Shown piece by piece: positions 61,691 to 64,000 of a DNA stretch of 64,000 nt. The first letter of the stretch is position 1. Each line of letters begins with the position of its first letter. Under the pieces are notes generated by a model. The model did no database searches, was not told the origin of the DNA, and saw only the letters and a program-made list of their open reading frames with translations. The DNA is taken from positions 3,499,567 through 3,563,566 of the forward strand of contig MU053629.1 of NCBI GenBank assembly GCA_013239625.1, written 5' to 3'. The position numbers were made by a program, and so were the translations under genes. Origin of the DNA: Lama guanicoe (lineage: Eukaryota).

Positions 61691-62364
61691 CAGTTTAGGA
61701 GGGGAAAATCTTAAGTGCACTCTTCTCCACAAAGGTCTTGAAAGTCAGCAACCTCTTCTGGAAAGTACAGAAACGGACTGCCTTTCCAAAAGGCTCCAGC
61801 CGGGGCTGAGGCAACACCCCCTAAGACCCACTTCCTCTCACCTCCACAGACAACTCAGATCATAAACTCAGGAGCTTCACCGGAAATACCTGCCAGGCGT
61901 CAACGCAGATCCCGGCGAGGAAATTCTGCAGAGGTCCCTGGTTCTAACCCAACTTGTGGCTCCTGACACAATAATCCCCACAGTCAGAGCAGGCTGGAGC
62001 CGGAGCGGAGTGACGGCACATCAGGCCCCCGGGGGTGCACACACGCCCGCCTGCACGCACTCAGACAGGCATAACATCCTCAGCAGAATTCTGAAACGTC
62101 CTTCCCAAATAGCCCGTGGAATTGAATTTCTGATATCTGAGTGCGTACGTGGATATGCATTTTTCCATTACTTGTTTACGCAGACTATAAAACATCACTG
62201 TAGCGGAGTCGCCAATTTATGAACAGGTTGCCGGCTTCAAGTTCATTTGTTGGCTATTAGGAACTTAGAACGTATTTTTCCCCGGAAGCAAGAGCATGCA
62301 TAAGCTTACTTAACCCATAACGCACTGCGCTTTAATATCACAAAGCGATTTTCTTTCTATTCAC

Positions 62365-62660
62365 CAGGGGTTTGCAAACTCAAATGCACGTAGTGGCCAG
62401 GTGCATGGTGTAAGTCAGGAGACCGGGGGCTGATGGAGGCTGTGCTGCGCATGCGCCGTCTGAAGAGGGCAGCCCCCTCCCCAGTTCCAGCCACCGGAGC
62501 TCCTGGGAAAACGCAGACCCGATGCCGCACATCAGGAGACGCCAAAAACCGGTATCTTACGTGAAAATAGTTGGCAACTAATTAGAAAAAATTTTATACA
62601 CGGTACAGATGAAATAAGACACATTGTTGGGCAGAAAATCAGGCTCATACTTGCAACCTC
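62365..62660. mobile_element. MER103/MER102-like hAT element
   Basis: Left end cagggggtttgcaaactcaaatgc...gccagg and right end ...cttgcaacc. Confidence 0.55.
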
Positions 62661-63167
62661 CACTCAGTAATGTTGCCTTTTTTTGAGAGGAAAAAAAACA
62701 TTTTAATTTCTACAGGTCAACACCAGGAAAGTATTTTCCCTCTTCTGGCGAGGTGGGTGGGTACTAGTCCCAGGTTAAGGCTCCACCTTGCATGAGAGAA
62801 GGCTAATATCTCTGGGGTTCTTAGAACCCAAGGCTGATGTAGGGCACCCCCCTCCCCCGCGCCGAGCCTAAATCAAACCACAGGCGCCGCCCACACCTGG
62901 CCCCACTCCTTTCTGATGTGTCAGGGTCTTTTGTTAATAGGGTATGTGTGGGTCAGGAGCTGCCTGGGTTTTGCTTTATGGTATGGTGGTGGTGGTGATT
63001 ATTGCTGTATTATTTAGTCTCTTTGTTTTTACTGATTATAAATGTTACAGTAAGTTTGCTATAGAAAATCTTGAAATTTTTCCCTCCTAGAAGTAAGCAC
63101 TGTTCATCATGATTTCTTTTTTTTTTTTTCAATCTTTTCCTTTCTAATTGTTTTCACATTACGTAAG

Positions 63168-63593
63168 TGTAGTGGATGCCCACCACACCACCTCCCCCCA
63201 ATCCAAAATTATGTCCATGTCTTAATCTCTGGAACCTGTGAATGTGACCTTATTTGGAAAAGGAGTCTTAAGGATCTTGAGATGAGAAGACCATCCTGGG
63301 TTATCCAGGTGGCTCCTAAATCCAATGACAAATGTCCTTATATGAGACACTCAGAAGAGGAGGAAGCAGCGGGAGTGTGGAGGCAGGGACTGGAGCGACA
63401 CAGCCACAAGTCAAGGAATGTCCACAGCCACCAGCAGCTTGAAGACGCCAGAAGCGGATTCTCCCCTAGAGCCTGGGGAGAGAGCATGGTCCTGCCAGAT
63501 TTCAGACTTCTGGCCTCAAGAACTGCGAAAGAGTAAGGTTCTGTTTGGCCAATTTTATGGTAATTTGTTAAGGCAGCCTAGGAAAATCATGCA
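63168..63593 (+). mobile_element. MLT1B/C-like MaLR LTR inside antisense L1M sequence (~63000-64000)
   Basis: tggaacctgtgaatgtgaccttatttggaaaagg...gatcttgagatgag...ggattctcccctagagcct...atttcagacttctggcctcaagaactg. Confidence 0.9.
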
Positions 63594-64000
63594 ACAATAC
63601 ATGACTAAAAGGATGTATTAATTCAAACAATACAGGACTATGTAAAGTAAAAGAATGAGAGTCCCCCACAGGCCACACAGACCCCTCTATTGGGTGACAA
63701 CCTTTCTAGGCCTTTTCCTTTGCACGTCTCTCTCCCTCCCTCTCTCACACAAACACATACACACACAGACATGTGCACATAAATATACTTATACATCTCT
63801 GTGGTTTTTTTAAATAAATGAAACCATAGCTATGCTGCTATTTGCTCTTTTTAAAATTCAATATTTCCAGGGGATATTTGCATGTGTGTACATAAAGATC
63901 AGCCTTCTGCTTCTCAGGGACTGCGGCATATTCTATAAACATAGCCAATGTCCTTGTCTTCAGTGAGTCTAAACTTAGTAATAATATTACAATGACAAAT

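Overview
Mammalian genomic DNA, not prokaryotic, and very probably from a camelid (alpaca, llama or camel). Eight short tRNA-derived SINEs of the camelid Vic-1 type are present, most with intact target-site duplications, on a background of old eutherian repeats (MIR, L2, L1M, MLT1, LTR16/33, MER3, MER5A) and two ERV-like solo LTRs. I cannot support any protein-coding exon: the ORF track reflects chance ORFs in GC-rich, low-complexity or repeat DNA. The main landmark is a CpG island at ~38.3-40.2 kb next to a 64-N assembly gap. It holds what looks like a non-coding first exon on the minus strand (donor CAG|GTAGGT at 39878). On that reading, 1-39877 is mostly a long first intron and 40225-64000 is upstream regulatory DNA with several repeat-free, AT/homeobox-motif-rich blocks resembling conserved enhancers. 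I cannot identify the gene from sequence alone, and I see no new multi-gene system. The most interesting local signals are a duplicated ~75-bp element with a 33-bp identical core (one copy split by an old L1), a POU-octamer cluster, and a candidate cryptic exon followed by a long UG-rich tract. Repeat subfamily names come from recall of consensus sequences and need RepeatMasker/Dfam confirmation.
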